From the NCBI RefSeq assembly GCF_004010195.1, contig NC_057753.1, positions 880,330 to 940,329 of the forward strand: DNA of 60,000 bases. The letters run 5' to 3'. Positions 11,960-23,095 of the stretch are shown one piece after another. The position numbers and the translations under genes were made by a program. This DNA is from Chiloscyllium plagiosum (Eukaryota). Each line of letters starts with the position of its first letter. The first letter of the stretch is position 1. The notes below the pieces were generated by a model that saw only the letters and a program-made list of their open reading frames with translations, was not told the DNA's origin and did not search any database.

Positions 11960-13430
11960 AAGGGATTCTAGTGGTGTCTCAGAGAGGTCAGGACGCAATG
12001 TGACAACCTGCTGTACCAGGTCTAAACAGTCATGGTTGTCTGAAGGTGGGTTCTGGGTGAGGAGAAGGAGGGTGCAAGGATTCAAATTAGGGGCGTGCTG
12101 CAGGGAAACGTTGGCCTTGGATGGTAATGCGACCTCATACCCAGTTCTCCAGGTGGTGGTAAGATGTTGGGTTGCTGCCGAATTGAGCAGCAGGGAGATC
12201 GAATGGGGGATAAAAACAATGTGTGGATAATCCAGCACAATTGGGGTGGCCTTTTCACTGTTACTTTTGCGGTCGCCACAGCCCTCAAACATGCTGGTAT
12301 TCCCTTTTGCACTGGTGGCAACTGTATAGAGTAAACAGAAATCGGGCGCTGGGCATGGCGTGAAGCTGAGTCAAAATGCTGTGCGCAAACCCACTGCAAC
12401 AGTAACATATCGATAAAATGGCTGTATTTAGCTCGGGACCTCCAGAGCAGGAGAGGAGACGAGACATTGTTTTAAGACATTGAATGTGAGTTCCATCTTG
12501 GGTGTCCAGTACATCTTCGCTGGCTGTTTAAGTGAGGATGGCTCACGTGCGGACATATCAATGACATGGTGGTCAGAAATCCAGTGCCTGCAACAGTTAA
12601 CCATTCCCAGGAAAGCTTGAAGCTGAGTTCGTGCGGGAGGCAGAGGGAGCTTGGTAATGGCCGCTACCCGCTCCTTATACAACATTCTGAGACCATGCGA
12701 GAGGTTGTAACCCAAGGACTGAACTTTGTGCTGGCTAGCAGAGCTGCATTTTCTCAACTGAGACAGTGTCCTTCTGCATACAGCGGAGCGAGGCAACAAT
12801 GTCCTGCGTTCATGAATCAGTAGAGGTGAAGCCAATACAAACTGTCAGTGGATTGGAGGAGTTTACTATGGCATGGCAGTTGAATGGTGAAAACTGAGTG
12901 GTATACTGCGGCGGCATATATTGTGGGTCTGTCCGTGTACCCTTGGGGAAGCCGGGTCCATGTGTATGTGCAATGTGGAGAAGCAAAAAGTATGCCTCTC
13001 TCGGGACAATTTGATGGAGGAAAGGACTGAACAGAGGTCGATTACACAGAAGCAGGTAGCGAACACAGGGATGCTAGTGAGGATGGCGTTAGTGTCAGGG
13101 AGTACTGGGGAATAGGGAACAACATGGCGTTGACTGCTCTTCGATAATGGGCAAATCTCCACTTTCCTGGCGTCCCAGGTTTCGGGATCGGCAGGTTGGG
13201 ATATTGTATGGGCTGGTTGTGCAAACTAGCATGCCTTGTTGTCAGAGGGCTTCAATAATTGGCTTGATCTTTCGCTGCTGTCATGAGTGGGTAATGCCGT
13301 ATTGATGGCAGCACGGCTCCCTGCGTAACTGTCAATCTTTGTGGTGCTGCAGATAGCAGTTGGCCTGCATGTTTGGAGTGCAGTGACAACAGTGATACTA
13401 GAAGGTCGGCTTCTAACAGGGATTTCTCGT
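11960..13430 (-). pseudogene. pol: Retroviral reverse transcriptase and connection domain, disrupted
   Basis: PSIRHYPL, LPIPKPGTPGKWRF, FCVIDLCS, LQAFLGMVNCCRHWI, ACLRAVA, NLNPCTLL, HDCLDLV..RPDLSETPL; YxDD decayed to LLQSTDS. Confidence 0.92.
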
Positions 13431-14089
13431 AATGGGAACGGAGGCTGGGCTATGTCGAGTGTAAGTGGTCTGAACTGATGCTGGAGCACAGCGCGCACAG
13501 AACTCATCCTGGCTAAGTCAGGCAATCTCAACTAAGTGGCCTGACCAACAGGTGCAAAGTGGAGGGGTTACACTTCTAAAAAGAGAAAGCCCTCACAGCA
13601 AACGACATGGCGTCGCAGTCTGAGCCACACCCTTTCCCCAGAACAAGGACTCACAGAGTCGAGTTCACAGCACCAAAACAAGGACAAAGCTTCGCTGACA
13701 CTTTACTGTGGGAACCCAAGCAGACCGGCTCCACTTTCTTCCCTTTATCTAAAAATACTTCGAAGGGGAGGAATGGGGGACAACGGCAACAGTTTTGAAA
13801 GTACCAAATTCTGACTTTTTTTCTCCGGACCCGCAAATCTCGCCACTGGAGGAGTCTAACCCCTTTTTCCCTTTGGGTCTGTAACCCAGATTTAACCATC
13901 GGACTCTCGCTCCGGTTTAACTGTGGTGACTCTAACCCTGAATTAACTTTGAGATCTAAACCATTTTAACTGTGGGAACTCTAACACAAATTCACCTCTG
14001 GGACTCGAAGTGCGTGCGTGCACGACCAGGTGTAGCTGGAACTGGCAGGTTTGGAAGTTCCAAGGCTGCAGGAACTCGCTACCCACAGC

Positions 14090-14300
14090 ATGGAGTCGTA
14101 AGTGTCCGGGATTTCTAGCGTGAGACCGTGAGGATAGCAGTGGATGCTACATTCAACTTGCACAATGTATGCTGACCCGGAAGGATACTGGGCACAAAGC
14201 AGAAATTATTGCCGTATTGGGGACATTGATGGTTCCTACACTAAAGTTGAAAGGGTCAGATGGTACTTCCACAATGAGTACCTCGTAATCCCTGATGAGA
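14090..14300 (-). pseudogene. pro: Retroviral protease, C-terminal half
   Basis: SDPFNFSVGTINVPNTAIISALCPV-x-LPGQHTLCKL-x-CSIHCYPHGLTLEIP across frameshifts (compare CPVNLLGRDxLCKL); DTG motif missing. Confidence 0.7.
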
Positions 14301-14824
14301 AGAAGCGGTCTTCAAATTATGTGGAGCCCAAAACAAAATTTAATTATGCCAATATAAATTTCTGAAAGCAATATTGGTGGCTTTGGAGAGTTAGAACCAT
14401 CTTTAGACTCTGCATTTTGCAGTTTTCTTTTGTATTTTAATTAAGCCATATAAAGTTCACGTTTTTTCTCGTACAGAATTAGTCTGCACGTCAGTCCAGA
14501 TGCCGTAATATTACTTCCACTGTATTATACCATTGCATTGATTTTTATTGTAATTTTTTTTGAAAAAACATGCTTCCAAAATCTTTGATAGAGAAGCATT
14601 GTATAGTCTGATGCCAATCTAGTTATGGTGTGACTGCTTTGATCTCCTTTAATTAATTCTTTAACTGGTTCGAGAGTGACAGCTGGGTAAAAAGAGCGGG
14701 AACATTAATACCTTATTAATGAAACCTACTCCAAACGTTCAATTCATAAGCATCGATTGTTTCTGAAAAGAAAAATCAACAAAGATCTTCAAATGAAAAT
14801 TAAATTAAGTCATATTTAATTTAA

Positions 14825-15037
14825 TCCGGTTGTTCTGGTTTCCTCCCACAATCCAAAAGATGTGCAGATTAGGTGAATTGTCCCTACGAAATTGCCCATA
14901 GTGTTCAGGAATGTGTATATTAGGTGCTTTAGTTACGGGTAAATATAGTAGAGTTTGGGTCTGGGTGGATTACTCTTCGGAGAGTTGGTGTGGACTTGCT
15001 GGGCCGAAGGGCCTGTTTCCACACTGTTGTGATTCTG
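14825..15037 (+). mobile_element. HE1-type V-SINE, 3' part
   Basis: GGTTTCCTCCCACAATCCAAAAGATGTGCAG core and GGGCCGAAGGGCCTGTTTCC tail. Confidence 0.85.
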
Positions 15038-15459
15038 CACCACAGCACTCATTTTACCAGTCTGGAATAAGCTATGCAAGGAAGAGAAGTAAAACAGGGA
15101 ACTTCACCAAGAAGTCCCATATCTTTATAATGACAAAAAAGTAGTCATTTTAATTCCTGAAAACAATGTCAGGAAGCAGTATGAAAGCAAAATAGGTGAC
15201 TTCCTAACAGATCTGCTTTCAAGCAGAATTTGGGCCTGTAGCAAAGAACGCAAATTTCAGTTTTATTTGAAGGACTGTTAGACAAAGTCAATATATGTAC
15301 ATGCGATAACAACATATAGCTAAGTGGAATTACAACTCTGTGGTAGAGTGATGTATAACAACATAGAGAAAGCTTGAGGGTATTCATGGGAAAGTCTTAT
15401 GCCTGTTGCTAAGTGTCTATTGAACCCCAAACTGTTACCCATGACACATTATAACAGTT

Positions 15460-15574
15460 TCTGGATTAGTGGTGCTGGAAGAGCACAGCAGTTCAGGCAG
15501 CATCCGAGGACAGGCAAAATCCGAGGACAGGCAAAATCGACGTTTCGGGCAAAAGCCCTCCATCAGGAAATTAC
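15460..15574 (-). mobile_element. Solo Penelope-like terminal repeat with hammerhead motif and perfect 15-bp TSD
   Basis: TSD CACATTATAACAGTT at 15445-15459 and 15575-15589; CTGATGG-A-GGGC-TTTT-GCCC-GAAA-CGTC on the - strand. Confidence 0.85.
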
Positions 15575-16655
15575 CACATTATAACAGTTGACAAGCGAGA
15601 AGGAGAATGGTGAATCTTGTCTGCCATTTCATGGCAATTTCAGATAGTGAAAATATAAATAAGGATCCCAGTGCTCCATGAAGTATTGTAATACTGAACC
15701 TTCTTGCACAGAATATTTTCAAGTGACCAACGGCAATCAAATGATCAAAAGGTTCTGCTGCATTCCAGTTGTTGTTCTAAATGACAGGGATTATAGACGT
15801 ACATATCGACTACTTATAAACAATTATATGAAACCAAATAACGCTAGAAAGCGACAACAATCAACATTAGGTAGAAATTTGTTTCTGTTTGCAGATTCTT
15901 CAGTGAACAAGGAACATACGACAAACCCTCAGAACAGTATGGAAACCTCGGTGTGATTTTTGGTGTAAATATGCATGTCTGTATTACGAACATACGCAAA
16001 TTCTTACAGAAATATTGAATGCAGTTGACTGAACAAATGGATAGATCGATAGACAGATAGATAGCCGGTACCGTCGCTATTAGGTTTTTGCATCTGATCA
16101 TACATAAACCTGTGAACCACAACAGGTATCATTACACAGTGCAGTAAAATTACACTGAAAGATTTCAAAGACGAAGAACATCATCCCCCTAAACAGCTTC
16201 AGTTATGAAATCTTGTTAATATTTTAGGTGTTTTAATTCTAGCTAAAAGTGTATTCAAAATTACAATTAAATCATTGAAAAATAGCGTGCTGATGTACAA
16301 AGTAATTGGAACAGAAGGGCAAAATGTCTGAGAAGGTCTTATATGATCCATTTTGCCAGAGCGGCGGGGAGAGAAGGAGAGGTGAAGCGAGGGCTGCCGG
16401 GAATGGTGAGTTTTCCCGCATTAAAAGGGACTTACCTCGGGAGTCGGGCCTCCATTTGCCGAGAAGAGTGAAGGACTTCTGGGAAGTCATATATTTGTGT
16501 GGTTGCGTTACACAAAACACTAATCGGGCAGTGTCTCCCACCCATCCTCCTCCTCTAACCAACAAAAAAGACCTGTGCGCTGGATTGATAAGGTAACGAG
16601 ATTTTTTTATTCCTTATTTTTTCATCAGTCTCTTTGGGAATTAAGACTAGTGGGA

Positions 16656-17660
16656 ATGGAGGTTAGGGTAGTTGAATGTTCCTCCTGCAGAATGTGGGAG
16701 GTAAGGGTCACCACTAGAGTCCCTGCTGACTACGTCTGCGGGAAGTGCACCCAATTCCAGCTCCTCGAAAACCGCATTAGGGAACAGGAGCTAGAGCTGG
16801 ATGAACTTCGGATCATTTGGGAGGCAGACGAGGTTATTGAGAGGACTTACAGGGAGGTAGTCACTCCTCAGGTACAAGAAAAAGGCAAAAGGGTTACAGT
16901 CAGTGGACGGAAATGGTACCGGCTGGCAGTGCAGGGATCCCCTGTGGCCATTCCCCTCAAGAATAAGTATACCATTTTGGATACTATTGCGGGGGTCAAC
17001 TTCCCAGGAGAAAGCAAAGGGGTACAAAGAGTCTGTCCCTGCCGCTCAGAAGGGAAAGGGGAAGAGGAAAAGAGCAGTAGTCATTGGGGACTCCATAGTT
17101 AGAGGGAAAAATAGGAGGTTCTGTGGGGTCAAGAGAGATTCACGGTTGATCTGTTGCCTCCCAGCTGCCAGGGTTCGTGATGTCTCTGATCGTGTTTTTG
17201 GGATTCTTACGGGGGAGGAGGAGCAGCCCCAAGTCGTGGTCCACATAGACACCAACATCATAGGTAAGAAGACATTCAGGGAGCTAGGATGGAAGCTTAG
17301 AGCTCGGACGAACAGAATTGTTATCTCTGGTTTGTTGCCCGTGCCACGTGCGAGTGAGGCAAGGAATAAGGAGAGAGAGGAGTGACGACAGGGATAGTGC
17401 AGGAGGAAGGGTTTTGGATTCTTGGATAATTGGGGCTCTTTCTGGATTAGGTGGGACTTCTACAAGCAGGATGGTCTTCATTTGAACCAGAAAGGTACCA
17501 ATATCATGGGGAGGGAGGGACATCGCTAAGGCTATTGGAGTGGGTTTAAACTAATCCAGCAGGGAGGTGGGAACCAAAATTGTAGTTCAATAATAGAAAA
17601 CGTTGAGAGCAGGGCGGTCCAAAATCAAATTTCAGGGTCGCAAGATGGCACCAGCAAGTA
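16656..17660 (+). pseudogene. CR1 ORF1 (zinc finger, leucine zipper, SGNH esterase), frameshifted
   Basis: MEVRVVECSSCRMWE...; AVVIGDSIVRG; VISGLLPVPR; DGLHLN. Confidence 0.9.
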
Positions 17661-17961
17661 AGAAGTTGGTTTGAAGTGTGTCTACTTCAATGCCAGGAGC
17701 ATCCGGAAGAAGGTGGGTGAACTTGCAGCATGGGTTGGTACCTGTGACTTCGATGTTGGGGCCATTTCGGAGACATCGTTAGAGCAGGGACAGGAATGGT
17801 TATTGCAAGTTCCAGAATTTAGATGTTTCAGTAACAACAGAGAAGATGGTAAAGGGGGGAGGTGTGGCATTGTTGGTCAAGGACAGTATTAGAGTTGCGG
17901 AAAGGATGTTTGGGGACTCGCCAATTGAGATAGGATGGACTGAAGGTAGAAACAGGAAAGG

Positions 17962-18550
17962 CCCCAGTGGAGGGCTCTCTACGCGGGAGTCCTCCCCCTT
18001 TCTCTCGGGGATCTGGGGTGGAGGGTGCTGCACGCAGCAGTCCCCTGCAACCGCAGATTGCGGTGGTTCACGGACTCCCAGCCCAACTGCTTGTTCTGTG
18101 GCACTGTGGAGTCCATGGACCATGTATATATTGGGTGTGGGCGTTTGCACTCCCTTTTGAAAAAAAAAATAAACAAAAGTTTTTTTTTTATTTTTAACCC
18201 CCACACTACCACCTAAGTGCGGTAGTGCTTATTTTATCCCCAGCACCCATGGTGTGTGTGCGCAGGTGGGAGAAAAATAAGCACTACCGCACTTAGGCGG
18301 TAGTGTGGGGGAAAAAAAAACAGGTGTGCTTGCCCTTTGATGTGAAGGGCAGTGTTTGTCACTGGCCACCCGGGTGTTTTCCTATCTTCCTGGTGGTGGA
18401 AATTGAATAAAGATTGGTGCACTTTGTGTCTTCCACTGTGTCTCACACCTGCACACACACACCATGGGTGCTGGGGATAAAATAAGCACTACCGCACTTA
18501 GGTGGTAGTGTGGGGGTTAAAATAAAAAAAAAAGAAGAAGAAAAACAAAA
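17962..18550 (+). mobile_element. Rearranged Tx1/L1-like non-LTR retrotransposon 3' fragment nested in CR1
   Basis: 14-bp TSD AGAAACAGGAAAGG (17948-17961, 18551-18564); A-rich tail; zinc-finger-like CLFCGTVESMDHVYIGC. Confidence 0.8.
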
Positions 18551-19819
18551 AGAAACAGGAAAGGAGAGGTCACTCTGTTGGGAGTTTTCTATAGGCCTCC
18601 GAATAGTTCCAGAGATGTAGAGGAAAGGATAGCAAAAATGATTCTCGATAGGAGTGAGAGAGACAGGGCAGTTGTCATGGGGGACTTCAACTTTCCTAAT
18701 GTTGACTGGGAACACGATAGTACGACTGCTATAGATGAGTCAGTTTTTGTCCAGTGTGTGCAGGAGGGCTCCCTGACACAGTATATAGACAGGCCAACAA
18801 GGGGCGAAGCCACATTAGATTTGGTACTGGGAAATGAAAACGGCCAGGTGTTAGACTTGGAAGTAGGTGAGCACTTTGGTGATAGCGATCACAATTCTGT
18901 TATGTTTACTTTAGTGATAGTAAGGGATAGATGTATACCACTAGGTAAGAATTACAGCTGGGGAAAGGCAATCATGATGCGATTAGGCAAGATTTAGTTA
19001 GCAAAGGATGGAGAAGGAAACTGCAGGGGATAGACACATTAGGAATGTGAAGCTTATTTAAGGAAAAGTTACTGTGTGCCCTAGATAAGGATGTACCTGT
19101 CAGGCAGGAAGGAAGCTGTTGAGCACGGGAGCCATGGTTTACGAAGAAGTGGAATCTCTTGTCAAGAGGAGGAAGAAGGTTTATGTTAGGGTGAGATGAG
19201 AAGGCGCAGTTGGGGCGCTTGGGGGTTACAAGGTAGCCAGGAAAACCTGAAGAGAGAGCTCAGAAGAGCCAGGAGGAGACATGCGAAGTTGTTGGCGGAT
19301 AGGATCATGGTAAACACTAAGGCTTCCTATAGGTATTTAAGGAATAAAAGAATGACGAGAGTAAGATTAGGGCCACTCATGAATAGTAGTGGGAAGTTGT
19401 GTGTGGAGTCAGAGGAGTGAGGGGAAGCATTAAATGGATATTTTTCGACAGCATTCACTCTAGAAAACGACAACATTATCGAGGAGAATACTGAGATACA
19501 GGCTACCAGACCAGGTGGGATTGGGATTCACGAGGAAGAGGTATTAGAAATCCTGCAGGGGTGCAAATAGATAAGTCCCCTGAACCAGATGGGATTTATC
19601 CTAGGATCCTCTGGGAGAAGATTGCCGAGACTTTGACATTGATATTTAAATCGTAATTGTCAACAAGAATAGTGCCAAAAATCTGGCGGATAGCAAATGT
19701 GGTTCCCCTGTTCAAGAAGGCGAGTAGAGACAATACTGGTAATATTATTTGATATTATTACTTATATTTGAATATCTTTCGTATGGATGCATGGAGAAAT
19801 GCAAAGATGGTTGGGTGGA

Positions 19820-19848
19820 TGGATAGATTGATAGATAGATAGATAGAT
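19820..19848. repeat. (GATA)n microsatellite running into the gap
   Basis: Direct reading. Confidence 0.9.
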
Positions 19849-20348
19849 NNNNNNNNNNNNNNNNNNNNNNNNNNNNNNNNNNNNNNNNNNNNNNNNNNNN
19901 NNNNNNNNNNNNNNNNNNNNNNNNNNNNNNNNNNNNNNNNNNNNNNNNNNNNNNNNNNNNNNNNNNNNNNNNNNNNNNNNNNNNNNNNNNNNNNNNNNNN
20001 NNNNNNNNNNNNNNNNNNNNNNNNNNNNNNNNNNNNNNNNNNNNNNNNNNNNNNNNNNNNNNNNNNNNNNNNNNNNNNNNNNNNNNNNNNNNNNNNNNNN
20101 NNNNNNNNNNNNNNNNNNNNNNNNNNNNNNNNNNNNNNNNNNNNNNNNNNNNNNNNNNNNNNNNNNNNNNNNNNNNNNNNNNNNNNNNNNNNNNNNNNNN
20201 NNNNNNNNNNNNNNNNNNNNNNNNNNNNNNNNNNNNNNNNNNNNNNNNNNNNNNNNNNNNNNNNNNNNNNNNNNNNNNNNNNNNNNNNNNNNNNNNNNNN
20301 NNNNNNNNNNNNNNNNNNNNNNNNNNNNNNNNNNNNNNNNNNNNNNNN
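19849..20348. other. Assembly gap (N run)
   Basis: 500 N. Confidence 1.
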
Positions 20349-21445
20349 GTGCAATCGATAGTCACATGTGAAGAGCCGGAAGGCTGGAGGTTGGCTAACG
20401 TGGCGCCACTGTTTAAGAAAGGTGTTAAGGACAAGTAAGGGAACTGTGGACCGGTGAACCTGACGTCGGTGATAGGCAAGTTGTTGGAGGAAATCCTGAG
20501 CGACAGGATGCATATATATTTGGAAATGCGAGGACTGATTAGCAATAGTCAGTATGGTTTTGTGCTTGAGAAATAATGTCTCACAAACTTGATTGAGTTT
20601 TTTTTGAAGACGTAACAGAGAAGATGAGGTACTTCAGTAAGGCATTCGAGACGCTTCTCTATGGGAGACTGGTTCGCAAGGTTAGATCTCCTGGAATACA
20701 TGGAGCATTAGCCATTTGGATACAGAAGTGTTTCAAAAGTAGAAGAGAGAGTGTGGTTGTGGAGGTTAGTTTTTCAGACTGGAAGACTGTGACCAGTGGA
20801 CTGCAGCTAGGGTCGGTGCTGGCCCCACTACTTTTCTTCTTTTCAATAAATAATTAGATGTGAGCATAACAGATGTAGTTAGTAAGTTTGTAGATGACAC
20901 TAAAGTTGGAAGTGTAGTGGAAAGCGAAGAAGGTTACCTCAGATTACAACTGGATCTTGATCAGATGGGCCAATGGGCTTAGGAGTGGCAGGTAGTGTTT
21001 AATTTGGATGAATGTGAGGTGCTGCACATTGGGAAAGAAAATCTTAGCAGGACTTACACAAGTTAATTGTAAGATCCTCGCGAGTATGGCTGAACAAAGA
21101 GACCTTGGAGTGTGGGTTCATAGTGCCTTGAAAGTAGAGTCGCAGGTAGATAGGATAGTGAAGAAGGCGTTTGGGATACTGTCCTTTATTGGTCAAAGTA
21201 TTGAGTACAGGAGATGGGAGGTCATGTTGCGGCTATACAGGACATTGTTTTGGCCACTTTTGGAATATTGAGGCAATTCTGGTCTCCTTCCTATTGGATG
21301 GATGTTGTAAAACTTGTAAGGGTTCATAAAAGAATTGCTAAAATGCAGCAAGGATTGGAGGATTTGAACTACAGAGAGAGGCTGAATAGGCTGGGGCTGT
21401 TTTCCCTGGAGCGTCAGAGCTAATGGGGTAACTTATAGAGGTTTT
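20349..21445 (+). mobile_element. CR1 LINE RT fragment, a different copy from the one before the gap
   Basis: WRLANVAPLFKKG repeats the segment already present at ~19685; FSKAFE, LGSVLAPLLF, KFVDDTK. Confidence 0.9.
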
Positions 21446-22904
21446 AACATTCCAACCTGCTACTGAAGGAAAGATAAACCGTGCTTAAGTCTGCATGTGG
21501 CTCTGGTGACTTCAATAAATGCAGGATGAAAGCTTTTTTGCTGTATAGTACATTCAGAAAGATTAATTAGACCTTAATTGAAGTGTGTGTGATATCCATT
21601 TTTAAGGCCAGCACTGCAGCGTGTTTATGCGTGCAGAAATTTAGACCACTCGGTTTCACTCGAACTCTGCCATACTTATCCTCCCCGTTATTGGCAGCAT
21701 TCCTCCGTTATTCGTAGCAAATGGGTATCAAGTTTTCAATGAAATTAGTAAAGGTGATGTGATGCTAACTTGCTCCGCATGCCAGTCAGTATCCAAATTG
21801 CTTTTGCCAGTCTTGCCAAGTATTCTACTGCATTGATGTACAATCCTAGTCTACAGTTTTCGGTTTCATCCACACAACGATCTATGTTTGAGCCTTCATC
21901 CAGAGAAAGTTACATGCAGTGCATTGCGGATATCATATGAACTCAGATTCTACTTCGTCACTGGTTTCACATAACTGTCTCTCACATTTGTTTGTTTTAC
22001 CTCTGTGTATGCCCAATACCACCTGAGAAGTGAACACGCAATCAAACAGTGCAGAGTCAAACATCATTGTCCTCTATTCGGGTGACAACCCAGGTTCGTC
22101 ATTCATCTGTATCAGTCATCTTTTTGGTCATTTCCTGCGGTGACAGTTGTTGAGGATTCTGACTTGACATCCTACTTAAATGGAATTTTCAACCCATTCG
22201 CTCATCCCGACAAATGAGTATCATTTCTTCTGGTTTATCTGCTTTCACCAATATTAAGTCTTTCAAGCTGACTATTTAGCCCACTCGTCGCCTGCTATAT
22301 ATCTTTCACTCTCTACAGTCTTAATTGACATAAAACTTAATTACATGATATACGAATTCGCACAATTTCCCAATCACCCTTCACCACTGAACTATTCAAC
22401 AATGTCCGTTAATGTTTCTCATACAAGGTTATTCCTCACGTATCTAAATTCCTTCAAATCCTCTTCCATCATTATCAATGCGACCCTTTTCAGCTTTATT
22501 TTCACTAAACCATCTGCACGCACGGCGTTCTGGCCTCTTATACTTCCAGATTTTCACTTACAACGTCGAGCTTGTCCAATAACATTCAGGCATTCAAATT
22601 CGTGATTGGCTACCCTTTCCTTTACTCAAACAGTCTTTCCAAATATTCTGAGACAGGCTGTCTAATCGCACTCGCACAACATCATTAATGAATCGCTGCA
22701 AAATTCAATGTTTAGAGCCTCATCCATGCAGAATCTGTACCTTGGCCCTGACTAACAGCACGCAAATTCAGAGTCCATCTTGACAATGATAACATCCATT
22801 TGATGGATTAAAAGTAGGTCCACATTTATTATCAATTAACAGATCCTATAATTGCTGTAATAGCGTTATGGCATTTCCAACCTGTGTAGCAAAGAGACTA
22901 CTTT

Positions 22905-23095
22905 TCAAATACCAGCATGTCTGGCACGTCTGTGGAGAGAAATAAGTGTTAACGTTTTGTTCGAGTCACCTTCTTTAGAACTAATGAGGAAGAGCCACTC
23001 GATCCGTAACGTTAACTCTGATTTCTGTCTACAGGTGCAGACAGATGTGCTGAGCCTTTCTAGCAATTTCTGCTTTTGGTTCTGATTTACCAGAT
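22905..23095. mobile_element. Fold-back Penelope-end element
   Basis: Inverted arms CTGTGGAGAGAAA..GTTAACG / CGTTAAC..TTTCTGTCTACAG. Confidence 0.7.

Larger units (their letters stand above)
9020..14310 (-). mobile_element. Decayed class I (epsilon/gamma-like) endogenous retrovirus, lacking gag and 5' LTR
   Basis: Ordered protease, RT, integrase, env, PPT and LTR remnants, all on the - strand. Confidence 0.93.
3470..16340 (+). repeat. Segmental duplication, copy A (paralog at ~44420-54420); includes copy-specific ERV and short insertions
   Basis: Colinear matches, e.g. 4737 TCATTACCACGAAAAT = ~48683; 7094 AACCATGGAAACT = 50895; 8414 CTACTTTTACAGCCTTCTTGACTCAACATT = 52431; 15602 GGAGAATGGTGAATC = ~53317. 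Confidence 0.9.
16360..19745 (+). mobile_element. CR1 LINE with 5' UTR, ORF1 and ORF2 (APE to start of RT), 3'-truncated
   Basis: ORF1 CSSC..CGKC zinc finger, leucine zipper and GDSIVRG esterase; ORF2 YFNARSI, YRPPN, MGDFNFP, LDLVL, SDHN, KSP.PDGIYPR. Confidence 0.95.

Noticed and set aside
14310..14800. Expected gag, PBS and 5' LTR of the ERV
   Set aside because: No match to the 3' LTR and no gag motifs; the provirus is truncated
19745..20545. Long ORFs spanning N runs (also 54431-55384)
   Set aside because: Artefacts of assembly gaps and GATA repeats
16360..21445. One full-length CR1 across the gap
   Set aside because: The two sides overlap in element coordinates and differ in sequence, so they are two copies
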